DNA from: Chlorobiota bacterium
GTDB lineage: Bacteria; Bacteroidota; Chlorobiia; Chlorobiales; Chlorobiaceae
Length of the DNA: 64,000 nt
Direction of reading: 5' to 3'
Assembly: GCA_016866305.1 (NCBI GenBank)
Contig: VGMX01000014.1
Location: forward strand, 2,161 to 66,160
Under the pieces are notes generated by a model. The model made no database searches. It was not told where the DNA came from and saw nothing but the letters and a program-made list of their open reading frames with translations. Both the position numbers and the translations under genes were made by a program. This document shows positions 32,197 to 42,108 of this stretch, piece by piece (position 1 is the stretch's first letter; every line of letters begins with the position of its first letter).

Positions 32197-32925
32197 ATGC
32201 CGCAACGTATCGATGCCTCATCAATAGTTTCCGGAACGGTATACTGTATTGCCAAAAACTATCCCGACCATGCTCGTGAAATGCGGCTCTGGGAAGACCG
32301 TCAGCAGGAGCCTTCCCCGGAAGAGCGCGAACCGGTAGTTTTCCTCAAACCGCCCACCGCCGTTGAAACCGGAGGAATAACCATGATTCCCTCATTCGAG
32401 GGACGACCGGTTTCCGAAAACCTGCACTATGAAGCGGAAATCGTCCTGCTGGTGGGCTCGGACTGCGATGAGTGTTGCGAACAGGAGGCAATGAAAGCCA
32501 TCCGGGGTTATGCCGTCGGACTTGACATGACACTCAGGGATGTGCAGCTCGAGGCAAAAAAACAGGGAAATCCCTGGCTGAAAAGCAAAGGGTTCAAAAA
32601 AAGCGCCCTCGTCTCCGACTTTGTTCTGCGTTCCGATGCGGGAAGCTGGCAGGATCTCGAACTGTTTCTCGACTGCAATGGGAAGCAGGTTCAGCACGGA
32701 TGTCTTTCCGGAACGATTTTTCCGCCTCCCTTTCTTGTTCATTACCTCTCGTCCCTTTACGGCCTGCGCAAGGGAGACCTTATCTTTACCGGCACTCCTG
32801 CAGGGGTAGGCCGGGTGCTTCCCGGAGATATTCTTGAAGCGAAACTCTGCAAACGCAGCAGTATCGAGGACGCCTCCTACGAACTGGCCACCCTCAGGGC
32901 TTCGGTGGTTCAGGAGTGCTCCTGA
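32197..32925 (+). CDS. Fumarylacetoacetate hydrolase family protein
   Basis: KNYPDHARE, FLKP, HYEAEI, DMTLRD, KSK, GDLIFTGTPAGVG. Confidence 0.92.
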   Translation: MPQRIDASSIVSGTVYCIAKNYPDHAREMRLWEDRQQEPSPEEREPVVFLKPPTAVETGGITMIPSFEGRPVSENLHYEAEIVLLVGSDCDECCEQEAMKAIRGYAVGLDMTLRDVQLEAKKQGNPWLKSKGFKKSALVSDFVLRSDAGSWQDLELFLDCNGKQVQHGCLSGTIFPPPFLVHYLSSLYGLRKGDLIFTGTPAGVGRVLPGDILEAKLCKRSSIEDASYELATLRASVVQECS

Positions 32926-32956
32926 AAAATGAACCACTAACCATTCAATCATCGCG

Positions 32957-34297
32957 ATGAGCATTATTTTCCAACACTCCCGCATTCTCAGTCCTGCCGA
33001 CAATCTCGATACCGTCGCATCACTGAAGGTTTCCGATACCGGCCTCATCGAAACCATCGTCCCTGGAAACGGCGCCATTGCAGCTTCGGATGATGACCGG
33101 ATTATCGACATGCACGGTAAAATGCTGGTGCCGGGTCTTTTCGACATGCACTGCCACTTCCGCGAACCGGGGCAGGAGTACAAGGAAACGCTGGCTACAG
33201 GTGCGGAAGCTGCTGTATCGGGAGGGTTCACCGGCGTCGCGCTCATGCCCAACACCAGGCCGGTCATCGACAGCCCGCCCGGTGTGGCATACATACGCCA
33301 CCATGCCGCTGAACTGCCCGTCGATCTTGAAGTTGTGGGCGCCATGACCATTGAAAGCCGGGGAGAAACCCTCTCTCCGTTCGGCAAGTTCCGCTCATAC
33401 GGGGTGACGGCCATATCCGATGACGGCACCGCGATTCAGAACTCCCATATCATGCGGCTTGCTTTCGAGTACGCTTCGAATTTCGACCTGCTCGTCATTC
33501 AGCATTGCGAAGACAAGAGCCTCACCCAGGGCGGCGTCATGAATGAGGGGCGTTTTTCGACCATTCTTGGCCTCAAAGGTATTCCCGATGCAGCCGAAGC
33601 CATCATTCTTGCCCGTGATCTCCATCTCATGCGTTATCTGCAGCAACACAAGCTGCACGATCCGCTCAATCCGCCCCGTTACCATGTCGCGCATATCAGC
33701 ACGAAAGCAGCGCTCGAACTGGTACGACAGGCAAAAGCCGAGGGGCTGAAGGTAACCTGTGAGGTGACGCCTCACCACTTCACCCTGACCGACGAAGATC
33801 TGTTCCGCGCGGAAAGCAAGGGCAATTTCATCATGAAACCGCCGCTCTGCTCCGCCGAAAACCGTCAGGCAGTGCTCGATGCCATTATGGACGGCACCAT
33901 CGACGTTATTGCAACAGATCATGCCCCCCATGCCGCCCACGAAAAAGAGTGCCCGCCCGACCAGGCGATGTTCGGCATTACCGGCCTGGAAACCGCTGTC
34001 GGACTGACCGTTTCGGAGCTCGTCTCAACGGGAATCATCACCATGCGGCGAGCCGTTGAAATGCTTTCCGTGAATCCGAGAACCATCATGAATCTTCCGC
34101 CGATCCGCTTTCGCGAAGGTGAAAAAGCCAATTTCACCCTTCTTGATCCCGATAGGGAGTGGACGGTCCTGAAAGAAAACCTGAAATCGAAGTCGCACAA
34201 TACGCCGTTTATCGGACGCAGGCTTCAGGGAAAAGCGGTCGGCATCTTCCACAAGGGCAGATATACGGACTCTTTTGCGAACGAAAGTGCAGGATAA
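32957..34297 (+). CDS. pyrC: Dihydroorotase (type I)
   Basis: DMHCHFREPG, MPNT, SDDG, QHCED, HIS, PHH, KPPL, IATDHAPH. Confidence 0.93.
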   Translation: MSIIFQHSRILSPADNLDTVASLKVSDTGLIETIVPGNGAIAASDDDRIIDMHGKMLVPGLFDMHCHFREPGQEYKETLATGAEAAVSGGFTGVALMPNTRPVIDSPPGVAYIRHHAAELPVDLEVVGAMTIESRGETLSPFGKFRSYGVTAISDDGTAIQNSHIMRLAFEYASNFDLLVIQHCEDKSLTQGGVMNEGRFSTILGLKGIPDAAEAIILARDLHLMRYLQQHKLHDPLNPPRYHVAHISTKAALELVRQAKAEGLKVTCEVTPHHFTLTDEDLFRAESKGNFIMKPPLCSAENRQAVLDAIMDGTIDVIATDHAPHAAHEKECPPDQAMFGITGLETAVGLTVSELVSTGIITMRRAVEMLSVNPRTIMNLPPIRFREGEKANFTLLDPDREWTVLKENLKSKSHNTPFIGRRLQGKAVGIFHKGRYTDSFANESAG

Positions 34298-34403
34298 ACG
34301 GATAGCGACTTGGTGAAAGGGGATTTTTTTATTACTTTCAGGCTTGCTTTCAGCAAGGGTAACTCCGGTTACGTTCATAACCAACAGAACCAGTTGATCA
34401 GTC

Positions 34404-34598
34404 ATGGCAAAGAAACAAACGTTCGGCGATAAAGCGAAAAAAACAGGCGGAAGCGATTTCAAGGTAGCGAAACTCGTTCTGTCGGTACCGTCAGGGAAAA
34501 ACAAGGCCTGGAAATTCGTTGAAAAAAACGTCCGCATTCCCAACGGCGAAAACGAGCAGGCAATTCTTGCCAAAGCCGTCAGCGACGCGGTAAAATAA
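34404..34598 (+). CDS. Small basic protein, DUF4295-like
   Basis: 64 aa, Lys-rich, MAKKQTF...KVAKLV...AWKFVEK resembles the MAKK...KM(V/I)K...AY.F.E pattern of DUF4295; recognised by eye only. Confidence 0.55.
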   Translation: MAKKQTFGDKAKKTGGSDFKVAKLVLSVPSGKNKAWKFVEKNVRIPNGENEQAILAKAVSDAVK

Positions 34599-34663
34599 AC
34601 GTCCTCTTCTCGCAGGGCGCCATTCCGGTTGCCCTGCATGCTTATCTCACCGCAAGCAGCAAC

Positions 34664-35464
34664 ATGCCCTCTTTTTCCCGCGGCACCAGACAAACCGCCG
34701 AAAGCACATCGCAGCAGCCCTGGTTTGCGGAATGGTTCAATCATCCGCTCTATCTGCAGGTCTACAGCCATCGCGACAGTGCGGAGGCAGCCCGCTGCAT
34801 TCGTACGATAATCGACCGGACACAGCCTCAGGGTCACCACCCGGGCTCGGTAACCATACTCGATATCGCTTGCGGAGCCGGGCGGCACGCTCTCGAGCTT
34901 GCCCGTCTCGGTTATTGCGTAACCGGAAACGATCTCTCCCCCTTCCTGCTTGAAACAGCTCGCAGTGAAGCTCGCGCATGCAACCTCGAACTCTCCTTTA
35001 CCTGCTGCGATATGCGGCACCTGCCGGCGGATAACCGGTACGATCTCATCCTGCAGCTTTTCACCAGCTTCGGATATTTCGATACGGAGGAGGACGACCT
35101 CCGGGTGGTCGAGAACGTCCGGCGTCTTCTGCACCCGAACGGCTCGTATGTGCTCGACCTCATCAATCCGAACCACCTGCAGCGGAACCTTGTACCGGTT
35201 TCCCGCCGCACCGTTGCCGGTCTTGACGTGCTGGAAGAGCGCTCAATCGGAGATAACAGAATAACCAAGAAAATCACCATCACTCCCCCTGAAGGGGAAC
35301 CGCTCCGGTTCACCGAATCGGTAAGGCTGTTTTCAATCGAAGCGATTACGGCACTGCTCGACAGGGCGGGATTCCGCGTCGCATCCGTTGCCGGAGATTA
35401 CCTTGGCTCTCTCTTCGAAAGTGAACGTTCGCCGCGAATGATGCTGTTTGCAAAAAAATCCTGA
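34664..35464 (+). CDS. Class I SAM-dependent methyltransferase
   Basis: ILDIACGAGRH, GNDLS, CDMR, LFTSFGYF. Confidence 0.9.
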   Translation: MPSFSRGTRQTAESTSQQPWFAEWFNHPLYLQVYSHRDSAEAARCIRTIIDRTQPQGHHPGSVTILDIACGAGRHALELARLGYCVTGNDLSPFLLETARSEARACNLELSFTCCDMRHLPADNRYDLILQLFTSFGYFDTEEDDLRVVENVRRLLHPNGSYVLDLINPNHLQRNLVPVSRRTVAGLDVLEERSIGDNRITKKITITPPEGEPLRFTESVRLFSIEAITALLDRAGFRVASVAGDYLGSLFESERSPRMMLFAKKS

Positions 35465-35471
35465 CCGAAAC

Positions 35472-36182
35472 TCATTTCATCAGCATCGCACCTGCGGTTT
35501 CAATACCCGATTTGTACCCCTTTGCAAGGAGGCGCTGGTAAAGCTGCGCGGTCAGATAGGCGTCGCCGGCGGAGGTGTGGCGGTCATGCAGCCTGATGTG
35601 ATAGCGCTCGCACAGGGTGTCGAGCCGGTACTCCCCAGCCTTGTGCGCAAGATTGTAATAGGGGCCCTTTTCAAGCCGTTTGGCCAGGCTTGCCGTATCG
35701 ACGACATCGTTAAAAATCCTGATCCCGAAGTAGTTGTGCAAAAGGCGGTCGATCATGGCGACATCGAATCCCGCATGCTGCGCGACGAGCACGCTGTTGC
35801 CGATATAGTCAAGGAATGCCGCCACCGCGCACTTCTCATCCTCTCCACCGGCAATATCCTTGCGGAGAAGACCATGCACACTGACCGCTTCACGGGCGCC
35901 CACGTTTTCCTGGCGGACGAGCACCTCGAACGAATCTGAAACATCGATGCGCTGATTGCAGAGAGCAATGGCCCCGATCGAGATGATCTTGTCTTTTTTC
36001 AGATCGAATCCGGTGGTTTCCGTATCGAACACCACAAACCGTATTTGGGACAAGAGTGTATGGTGCGGCAACGGCTTGCGCACCGCTTCGAGGTAACGGC
36101 ACACACCGGGAGGCAGACCGTTGCGACGGCACCGGGAAAGTCCCCGCCAGACCAGGATTCGGTCAATCACGGATGTAATCAA
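35472..36182 (-). CDS. DEDDh 3'-5' exonuclease (Pol III epsilon-like)
   Basis: FDTETTG, QHAGFD, HTSAGDA; overlaps the DUF294 gene by 20 bp. Confidence 0.88.
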   Translation of the reverse strand: MITSVIDRILVWRGLSRCRRNGLPPGVCRYLEAVRKPLPHHTLLSQIRFVVFDTETTGFDLKKDKIISIGAIALCNQRIDVSDSFEVLVRQENVGAREAVSVHGLLRKDIAGGEDEKCAVAAFLDYIGNSVLVAQHAGFDVAMIDRLLHNYFGIRIFNDVVDTASLAKRLEKGPYYNLAHKAGEYRLDTLCERYHIRLHDRHTSAGDAYLTAQLYQRLLAKGYKSGIETAGAMLMK

Positions 36183-38112
36183 GCTGGAACCTCAGATTAA
36201 GGGTTTTCTGCACCTGTCCGATTGTTGAAAACACGTTTCGCAGCATCTGCCTCTCGATTTTGTTCAGGCTTTCCGGCTTGATGTACCGGCCTGCAGAGTG
36301 CTGTTCGATTCCGTTGACCACACGAAGCCGCATGAGGAACTCATAGGCGGAGGCCGCCTCAAGACAGAGGTCCTTTTCAGGCGGAAGCAGTTCGGCAAGC
36401 TTTCTGAACCGCTCTGCGGTGCTGAGATAGTCCGGAATGCGCAACTCATAGGCAAGCACCCTTGCAGCATCGGAAAGCGGCATCATGGCTCTGGCCTTGA
36501 TATCGAACTCGTTGGCGTGATCCCGGCTTTTCTCGACCAGGAAATTCCTGAAAAAGCTGAGCGGCGGCGGGTTCTGCAGCGCATTCTTGGCAAAAAACTC
36601 AAGAAACCCCCTCCCCTTGGTAATCTCGTCGAAGATGCTCCGTTTCAGTTCCGCGGCAAGTCCCGCATCGCCATGAACCGGACGGAAATCAAAAAATATC
36701 GTCGAGTGCATGAGCGCTTTCGGTTCGGGATTGAGAATCCAGCGGCTGAAATATTTTTTCCAGGCGGAGAGAGACTGGCACCACTGATCGTTGCTTGCCA
36801 TCACCTCGGCGGGGCATTTCGAAAAACCGACCTGCTGCAGCATGGAGGTAACCCTGCCGCCCAGTTCGAGAAAATAGCCGTGCACTTCATCTTCCCTGCC
36901 TGCAGGGACATCGGCATAAAGCAGCGCATTGTCCTGGTCGGTACGCAGCAGTTGCTCCTTTCGCCCCTCGCTGCCAAGCGAAAGCCAGCAGAAGGGAATG
37001 TCTGGCATCTGCCGCCCCTCCCGCCGCATATCGGCGGTCGAAAACACGATGGCCTTGACAATGAGCGCATCGTTGATTTCCGTGATGATACTTGAAATAA
37101 AGTGCACGGCCACATCCTGGTTCAGATAAATCTGAAGCAGGTTTTCAGCCTTGTCCCGCTCGTTTTTCAACTGGTCGACCTTTTCGGCGGCCATGATCTG
37201 CTTCATGATCACCGCGGGATTGTTGCCTTCGGAAGTGATGATGTCGTGCTCTGAAATGATGCCTTCGAGCGGCGAATCAACGGTGCCGTCCGCCGTAATG
37301 CAGAAGTGGCGCAACTTGGTTTTCACCATGAGCATCACCATATCGGCCACGGTTTTCCCTCCGGTAATGGTGTAGACCGGGGAACTCATGATCTCGTGAA
37401 CCGGGCGTTCCTTGATCGAACCGGGCTGGGCGACCACTTTCTTGCGCAGATCGGTGTCGGTAATGATGCCCAGCGGGTGATTTTGCGGCGAAACAACGAG
37501 GATCGAACCGATGTTGCTGTCCGACATGATCTTTGCGGCCTCCCGTATCGTGATATCGGGCGAACAGGTGATGATGTTGGTCACGGGCTTGACCTCGAGC
37601 GTCTCATGCGCGAGAAAATTCCGGCAGGACTGCTCGCTGTAACGCAGCCTGCGCTGATCGAATGCCGTGGTCAGCGTGCGCTCCATCACCTGCATGCTCT
37701 TTGCAAACTCGCCGGCAAAAAACATGGAAACCGCGCTGTCGGCAGAAATGAGCGACCTGATTTTCTCGGCAGGCATTTCATATACCAGGCTTTCCTCGGC
37801 AACATGCGCGCTGAGCACATAGGTGCTGCCGCCGAAAATCGCCAGGACACCGAAAATGTCACCTTCGTCGCACAGGTCGACAAGCACCTCTTCACCGTCG
37901 ATGGTGTCGAAGAGGCGCACCGCTCCTTTCATAACCATGAAAGCAGCTTGCCGAAGCTCGTCCCCCTTGTTGAAAATCACCTCTCCTTCCTCGTGGTAAT
38001 GGATCGCAATGGAGGAAGCCAGGTCCAGAAGCACGGCGGCTTCAAGCAGATCGAACGGAGGATACTGCGAGAGGTCTGCCGCGACCCGCTCGACAATCGT
38101 GTTTGAAGGCAT
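36163..38112 (-). CDS. cNMP-binding/CBS/DUF294 nucleotidyltransferase-like protein
   Basis: N-terminal cNMP-binding fold, CBS pair, GSEGRKEQLLRTDQDNAL NTase motif, FFDFRPVHG, FDIKARA. Confidence 0.88.
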   Translation of the reverse strand: MPSNTIVERVAADLSQYPPFDLLEAAVLLDLASSIAIHYHEEGEVIFNKGDELRQAAFMVMKGAVRLFDTIDGEEVLVDLCDEGDIFGVLAIFGGSTYVLSAHVAEESLVYEMPAEKIRSLISADSAVSMFFAGEFAKSMQVMERTLTTAFDQRRLRYSEQSCRNFLAHETLEVKPVTNIITCSPDITIREAAKIMSDSNIGSILVVSPQNHPLGIITDTDLRKKVVAQPGSIKERPVHEIMSSPVYTITGGKTVADMVMLMVKTKLRHFCITADGTVDSPLEGIISEHDIITSEGNNPAVIMKQIMAAEKVDQLKNERDKAENLLQIYLNQDVAVHFISSIITEINDALIVKAIVFSTADMRREGRQMPDIPFCWLSLGSEGRKEQLLRTDQDNALLYADVPAGREDEVHGYFLELGGRVTSMLQQVGFSKCPAEVMASNDQWCQSLSAWKKYFSRWILNPEPKALMHSTIFFDFRPVHGDAGLAAELKRSIFDEITKGRGFLEFFAKNALQNPPPLSFFRNFLVEKSRDHANEFDIKARAMMPLSDAARVLAYELRIPDYLSTAERFRKLAELLPPEKDLCLEAASAYEFLMRLRVVNGIEQHSAGRYIKPESLNKIERQMLRNVFSTIGQVQKTLNLRFQLDYIRD

Positions 38113-38163
38113 GGGGCTGTTCCGGTAAAGGTGATGAAAAGAGAGTGTCGGGACAATCTCGAC

Positions 38164-39162
38164 TCAGCTCAGCATGTTCCTGTCCCGGTACCACTCGAAT
38201 GCATTCCTGATGCTGTTCTCGTGAGGCTCGCGCCTCATGCCAAGTTCCCTGACCGCTTTCGAAGAGTCGTAATAGAGGTTTTCCGAAGCAACCCTGAACA
38301 TGGAAAGGTTGAAAAGCTTCGAAATGCCGTTCCGGCTCTTGTTCATGTCAAGCAGCGACTTCAGTATCTTTGCCATCCAGAACGGCAACGGCAGATAAAT
38401 GCCCGGTGCTCCGGTAATGGCGGAAATCGTGGCAGCAAGTTGCCGGTACGAAACGTTGTCTCCTCCGATAATATAACGTTCCCCGGTTTTTCCCTTCTGC
38501 ATTGCAGCGATAATGGTTTCGGCAACGATCTCCACATCGATCACGCAGATGCCCCCGACCGGATAAAACGGAATCTTGCGGTTGTACACATCCTTGATCA
38601 GCCGCCCCGCATTGAAATTGATGTCGCCTGCACCGAACACGTAGGCCGGATTGACAATCACGCAATCAAGCCCCCTGCCGACCGCCTCGGCAACTTCACG
38701 TTCAGCCTGATGTTTTGTCCGCGCATATTCAAGACCGATACGGTCGAAGTTCCAGGCCGACGATTCGTCGAGCGGCGCTTTCCCGTTGCAGATTCCCACC
38801 GCGGTAATCGAGCTGACATGCACCACCCGGCGGACTCCTGCCTGCAGGGATGCGTCAAGAACATTGCGCGTACCTTCCACATTGATGGCATGGAGGAGCG
38901 GATTACGCTTGTCACCCATATAGGTCAACCCCGCAGAGTGATACACCTCGTCAACACCGGTCATCGCGCTCTCAAGAGACTGGCGGTTGGTGATGTCACC
39001 GTAGGCAAGCGTTATGTCCGGCAGTACCTCCTGCAGGGAGGTCAGGTCGGAACTTTTCCTGACAAGAACATGAATGTCGTCAGCCGAAGCTGCAAGCTTA
39101 TGAACAAGGCGGGAACCGATAAACCCCGTACCGCCGGTCACCAGAATTTTTTTCTTCACCAA
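38164..39162 (-). CDS. NAD-dependent epimerase/dehydratase (extended SDR)
   Basis: TGGTGFIG, VHVSS, YARTK (YxxxK), VNPAYVFG. Confidence 0.9.
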   Translation of the reverse strand: MVKKKILVTGGTGFIGSRLVHKLAASADDIHVLVRKSSDLTSLQEVLPDITLAYGDITNRQSLESAMTGVDEVYHSAGLTYMGDKRNPLLHAINVEGTRNVLDASLQAGVRRVVHVSSITAVGICNGKAPLDESSAWNFDRIGLEYARTKHQAEREVAEAVGRGLDCVIVNPAYVFGAGDINFNAGRLIKDVYNRKIPFYPVGGICVIDVEIVAETIIAAMQKGKTGERYIIGGDNVSYRQLAATISAITGAPGIYLPLPFWMAKILKSLLDMNKSRNGISKLFNLSMFRVASENLYYDSSKAVRELGMRREPHENSIRNAFEWYRDRNMLS

Positions 39163-39209
39163 TACTGTACTTCAATCATTGAAAGAACGGAAGATGCCCC
39201 GGACGAAAC

Positions 39210-40253
39210 TCATTGTGCCGAAATCTGCTCCTGTACTGCTATCTCGCCGGATAGAATCTTGCTGCGAATCTCCTCGACACGCTGATGAACACCGGTTCCG
39301 ACAAGCCCGGCATTGCGGTCGTTGTAAATATAATCGGTATAACGGTCACCGATACCGAAAACCCTCACACTCCCGCCCCTGAATGAGTTCCCGAGTACAT
39401 CCTCCACGGTTTTCAGTACCGCACGGTCGATAGCCTTCACCATACTGGTCAGCACAAAGCCCGGCGCATCGGGTTCCTGGTCGCGATCGGTGCAGATCAC
39501 CAGCTTTTTCGTCTTGCGGGCCGCCTCGATAACGCCCATGCCGCTCGCCCCCGCTGCCTGGTAGATGATATCCGCCCCGCGCGCATACTGGCCGAGGGCA
39601 AGTTCCTTGCCCTTGGCGGGATTGGTGAAAGCGCTTCCGGTCATGCCGATATATGCCGGAATAACCGTTGCTTCGAGATTGACATATTTCACCCCTTCGG
39701 TGAAGCCGGTCTCGAACTTTCTGATAATGGAGGACTCCATGCCGCCGATAAAACCGACCTTGTTGGTTTTTGTCACCAGACCGGCAAGCGCTCCGGCAAG
39801 AAAGGAGCCTTTCTTCTCCTCGAACACGATGCCGGAAAGATTTGTCGGCAGTTCGACGCCAGGTTTGGCGATATAGTCGATGCAGACAAACTTCTTGTCC
39901 GGAAACTCCCTTGCCATTGCCGTGATGTCGTCACTGAACAGCAGGCCGACACCGATAACCAGATCGACATCCGGATCTGCCGCCATCTGCCTGAGTGCGG
40001 CTTCCCTGTCGGCCCCTTCACCGGATGGTTCCGTATAGATGAAATCGATGCCGTGCCGCTCCTTTGCAAGTTCGAGACCATGGTATGCCGAATCATTGAA
40101 TGAACGGTCGCCGAGACCGCCTACGTCGAAAACCAGACCGGCCCGCAGAGAAGCGGTTTTCTTGTCTTCATTGGTCTTTCCGGATTCCGGGGCACCTGAA
40201 CAGGCCCCGAGGAAAAGAGTGCATGTAAGAAAAAAGCAGAGCAAACGGTTCAT
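39210..40253 (-). CDS. BMP family ABC substrate-binding lipoprotein
   Basis: Lipobox FLGA-C; GGLGDRSFNDSA, GFIGG, DIIYQAAG. Confidence 0.9.
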   Translation of the reverse strand: MNRLLCFFLTCTLFLGACSGAPESGKTNEDKKTASLRAGLVFDVGGLGDRSFNDSAYHGLELAKERHGIDFIYTEPSGEGADREAALRQMAADPDVDLVIGVGLLFSDDITAMAREFPDKKFVCIDYIAKPGVELPTNLSGIVFEEKKGSFLAGALAGLVTKTNKVGFIGGMESSIIRKFETGFTEGVKYVNLEATVIPAYIGMTGSAFTNPAKGKELALGQYARGADIIYQAAGASGMGVIEAARKTKKLVICTDRDQEPDAPGFVLTSMVKAIDRAVLKTVEDVLGNSFRGGSVRVFGIGDRYTDYIYNDRNAGLVGTGVHQRVEEIRSKILSGEIAVQEQISAQ

Positions 40254-40500
40254 GTCGGCTAAAGGGAAAAGTCTGAGCTGAAGATAAGACTGTCACGGTT
40301 TTCCAAGAATTTTAAGTTAGAAAAAACCGTGCCCATTTAAAAACCGGCATGAAACAAATTTGCTGCAGCCCTTCTACAAAGGAGAGTCCGCTTGTGCATG
40401 CCGCACGGCTGCCGGAAAAAATCTTACCTCCCCAAAGCGCTTTTGCGGAAAGAGCCCTATGGAGAATATCCCGAAGTTCTTGTTATATTTTGGCTTATAG

Positions 40501-42099
40501 GTGAAGAAATATTCCTTTGGAAACCCGCTGCTGATGGACCCGGAACCGAAAACCATATGCTTCAGGCTGCAAGAGAATGTATCTCTGGCAACGCTGTCGG
40601 AATCCCCGGCATTTCCGGTTCAGCTGCAGCTTGAATTCCGCAAAAAAGAGAACCGGGTTTTTTACGACACCTTTGAATGGCGGTTTTTTCAGCACGGCCT
40701 GGCCATAGCAAGAAAACGGAAACAGCTCTCCTTGTACGATCTTGAGAACGGAGTGGAAACCGCATCCATGCCTTTTCCGTCCGCTCCCGCTCATTTTCTT
40801 CCCTCATCGCTCTCCCCCGGGCCGGCAAGAACCCTTCTCGAAAAGATAACGAAGATCAGGGCGCTTCTGCGGCGATGCAGAATCCATACCGAATCGGTTT
40901 CCTGGAGAATGCTCGACCGGGAGGAAAAAACCATCGGGTTTCTTGTTTCAGAAACATGCTTTCTGCTCCGTGACGGCAAGAGAGCGCCGATAAGCGGCAT
41001 ACTGCTGCTCACGCCCCTGAAAGGGTTTCTGGAGGAAACCTCCCGGGTTGCCCGGCACCTTGAAAAAGTGCTCGGCAGCCAAAGCATCTTCGAATTCAGG
41101 GAGCACTTCACCCTGCTCATGCATGCGGCCGGAGAACCGGTGAACAGCTACAGCTCAAGAATACGGCTTTCGCTGCGGCCCACCGACCCTATCCGCATAT
41201 CCGCCGCACGCCTGCTGCTTGCCACGCTCGACGTCATGCGAAGCAACGAGCGGTGGATTCCTCGGGATATCGACACGGAGTTTCTGCATGACTTTCGGGT
41301 CGCCATCCGCAGAACCCGGTCCCTGCTCGGCCAGATCAAGGGTGTTCTCAGTCCCGATTCAACCCGGGCATATCGGAACGCGTTCAGGGAGGCCGGAAAA
41401 AAATGCAACACCCTGAGGGACTGCGATGTCTACCTGCTCAAGGAGAACACATACCGGACGATGCTTCCCGGGTCGCTCTCCAGCCACATCGATACCTTCT
41501 TCAACGACCTTCAGGCAACCCGCTCCGCGGAATTGCGGAGCTTCTCCGCCTTCCTGCGCTCCGCCTCATTCCGCACCATGCTCGCTGATTGGGAAGCGCT
41601 CCTGAGCGAAACCATCAACCGCCAGGAGTCACCGGACGAAACGGATGCCGGAGAGCTGCCCACCCTCGCTGTTGCCAGAAAAGCTATCGGCAAGGCGTGG
41701 GAAAAAGTGCTCCGTCACGGCAGAAGCATACCGCAGGAAGCCTCCGACAGCGAACTGCACGCATTGAGGATCGACTGCAAGAAACTCCGGTACCTGCTTG
41801 AATTTTTTGCTTCCCTTTTCCCTGATAAGACCGTCGGACAGGCGATCAGGCATCTGAAGGAGCTGCAGGAAAATCTCGGCACCTTCGTCGATCTTGCCGT
41901 CCAGCAGCGCCACCTGCTCGGATACATTGAATCCATGAAAAACAGGCCTTCGGATCCGGAGCTTGCCGCTGCTCTCGGAGGGCTTGTCGCCGAGCTGTAC
42001 ACCCGGCAGGAAAAGGCACGCAGAACATTCGGCCATACGTTCCGCCGTTTCGATGACGACGAAACCGAAACCCTTTTTACGGAGATCATAAACCGCTGA
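40501..42099 (+). CDS. CHAD-domain protein with degenerate CYTH-like N-terminus (start GTG 40501 or ATG 40534)
   Basis: LHDFRVAIRRTRS, RDCDV, LHALRIDCKKLRY, LQENLG; N-terminal FYDTFEWRF...GL. Confidence 0.87.
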   Translation: MKKYSFGNPLLMDPEPKTICFRLQENVSLATLSESPAFPVQLQLEFRKKENRVFYDTFEWRFFQHGLAIARKRKQLSLYDLENGVETASMPFPSAPAHFLPSSLSPGPARTLLEKITKIRALLRRCRIHTESVSWRMLDREEKTIGFLVSETCFLLRDGKRAPISGILLLTPLKGFLEETSRVARHLEKVLGSQSIFEFREHFTLLMHAAGEPVNSYSSRIRLSLRPTDPIRISAARLLLATLDVMRSNERWIPRDIDTEFLHDFRVAIRRTRSLLGQIKGVLSPDSTRAYRNAFREAGKKCNTLRDCDVYLLKENTYRTMLPGSLSSHIDTFFNDLQATRSAELRSFSAFLRSASFRTMLADWEALLSETINRQESPDETDAGELPTLAVARKAIGKAWEKVLRHGRSIPQEASDSELHALRIDCKKLRYLLEFFASLFPDKTVGQAIRHLKELQENLGTFVDLAVQQRHLLGYIESMKNRPSDPELAAALGGLVAELYTRQEKARRTFGHTFRRFDDDETETLFTEIINR

Positions 42100-42108
42100 C
42101 TGCACCAC

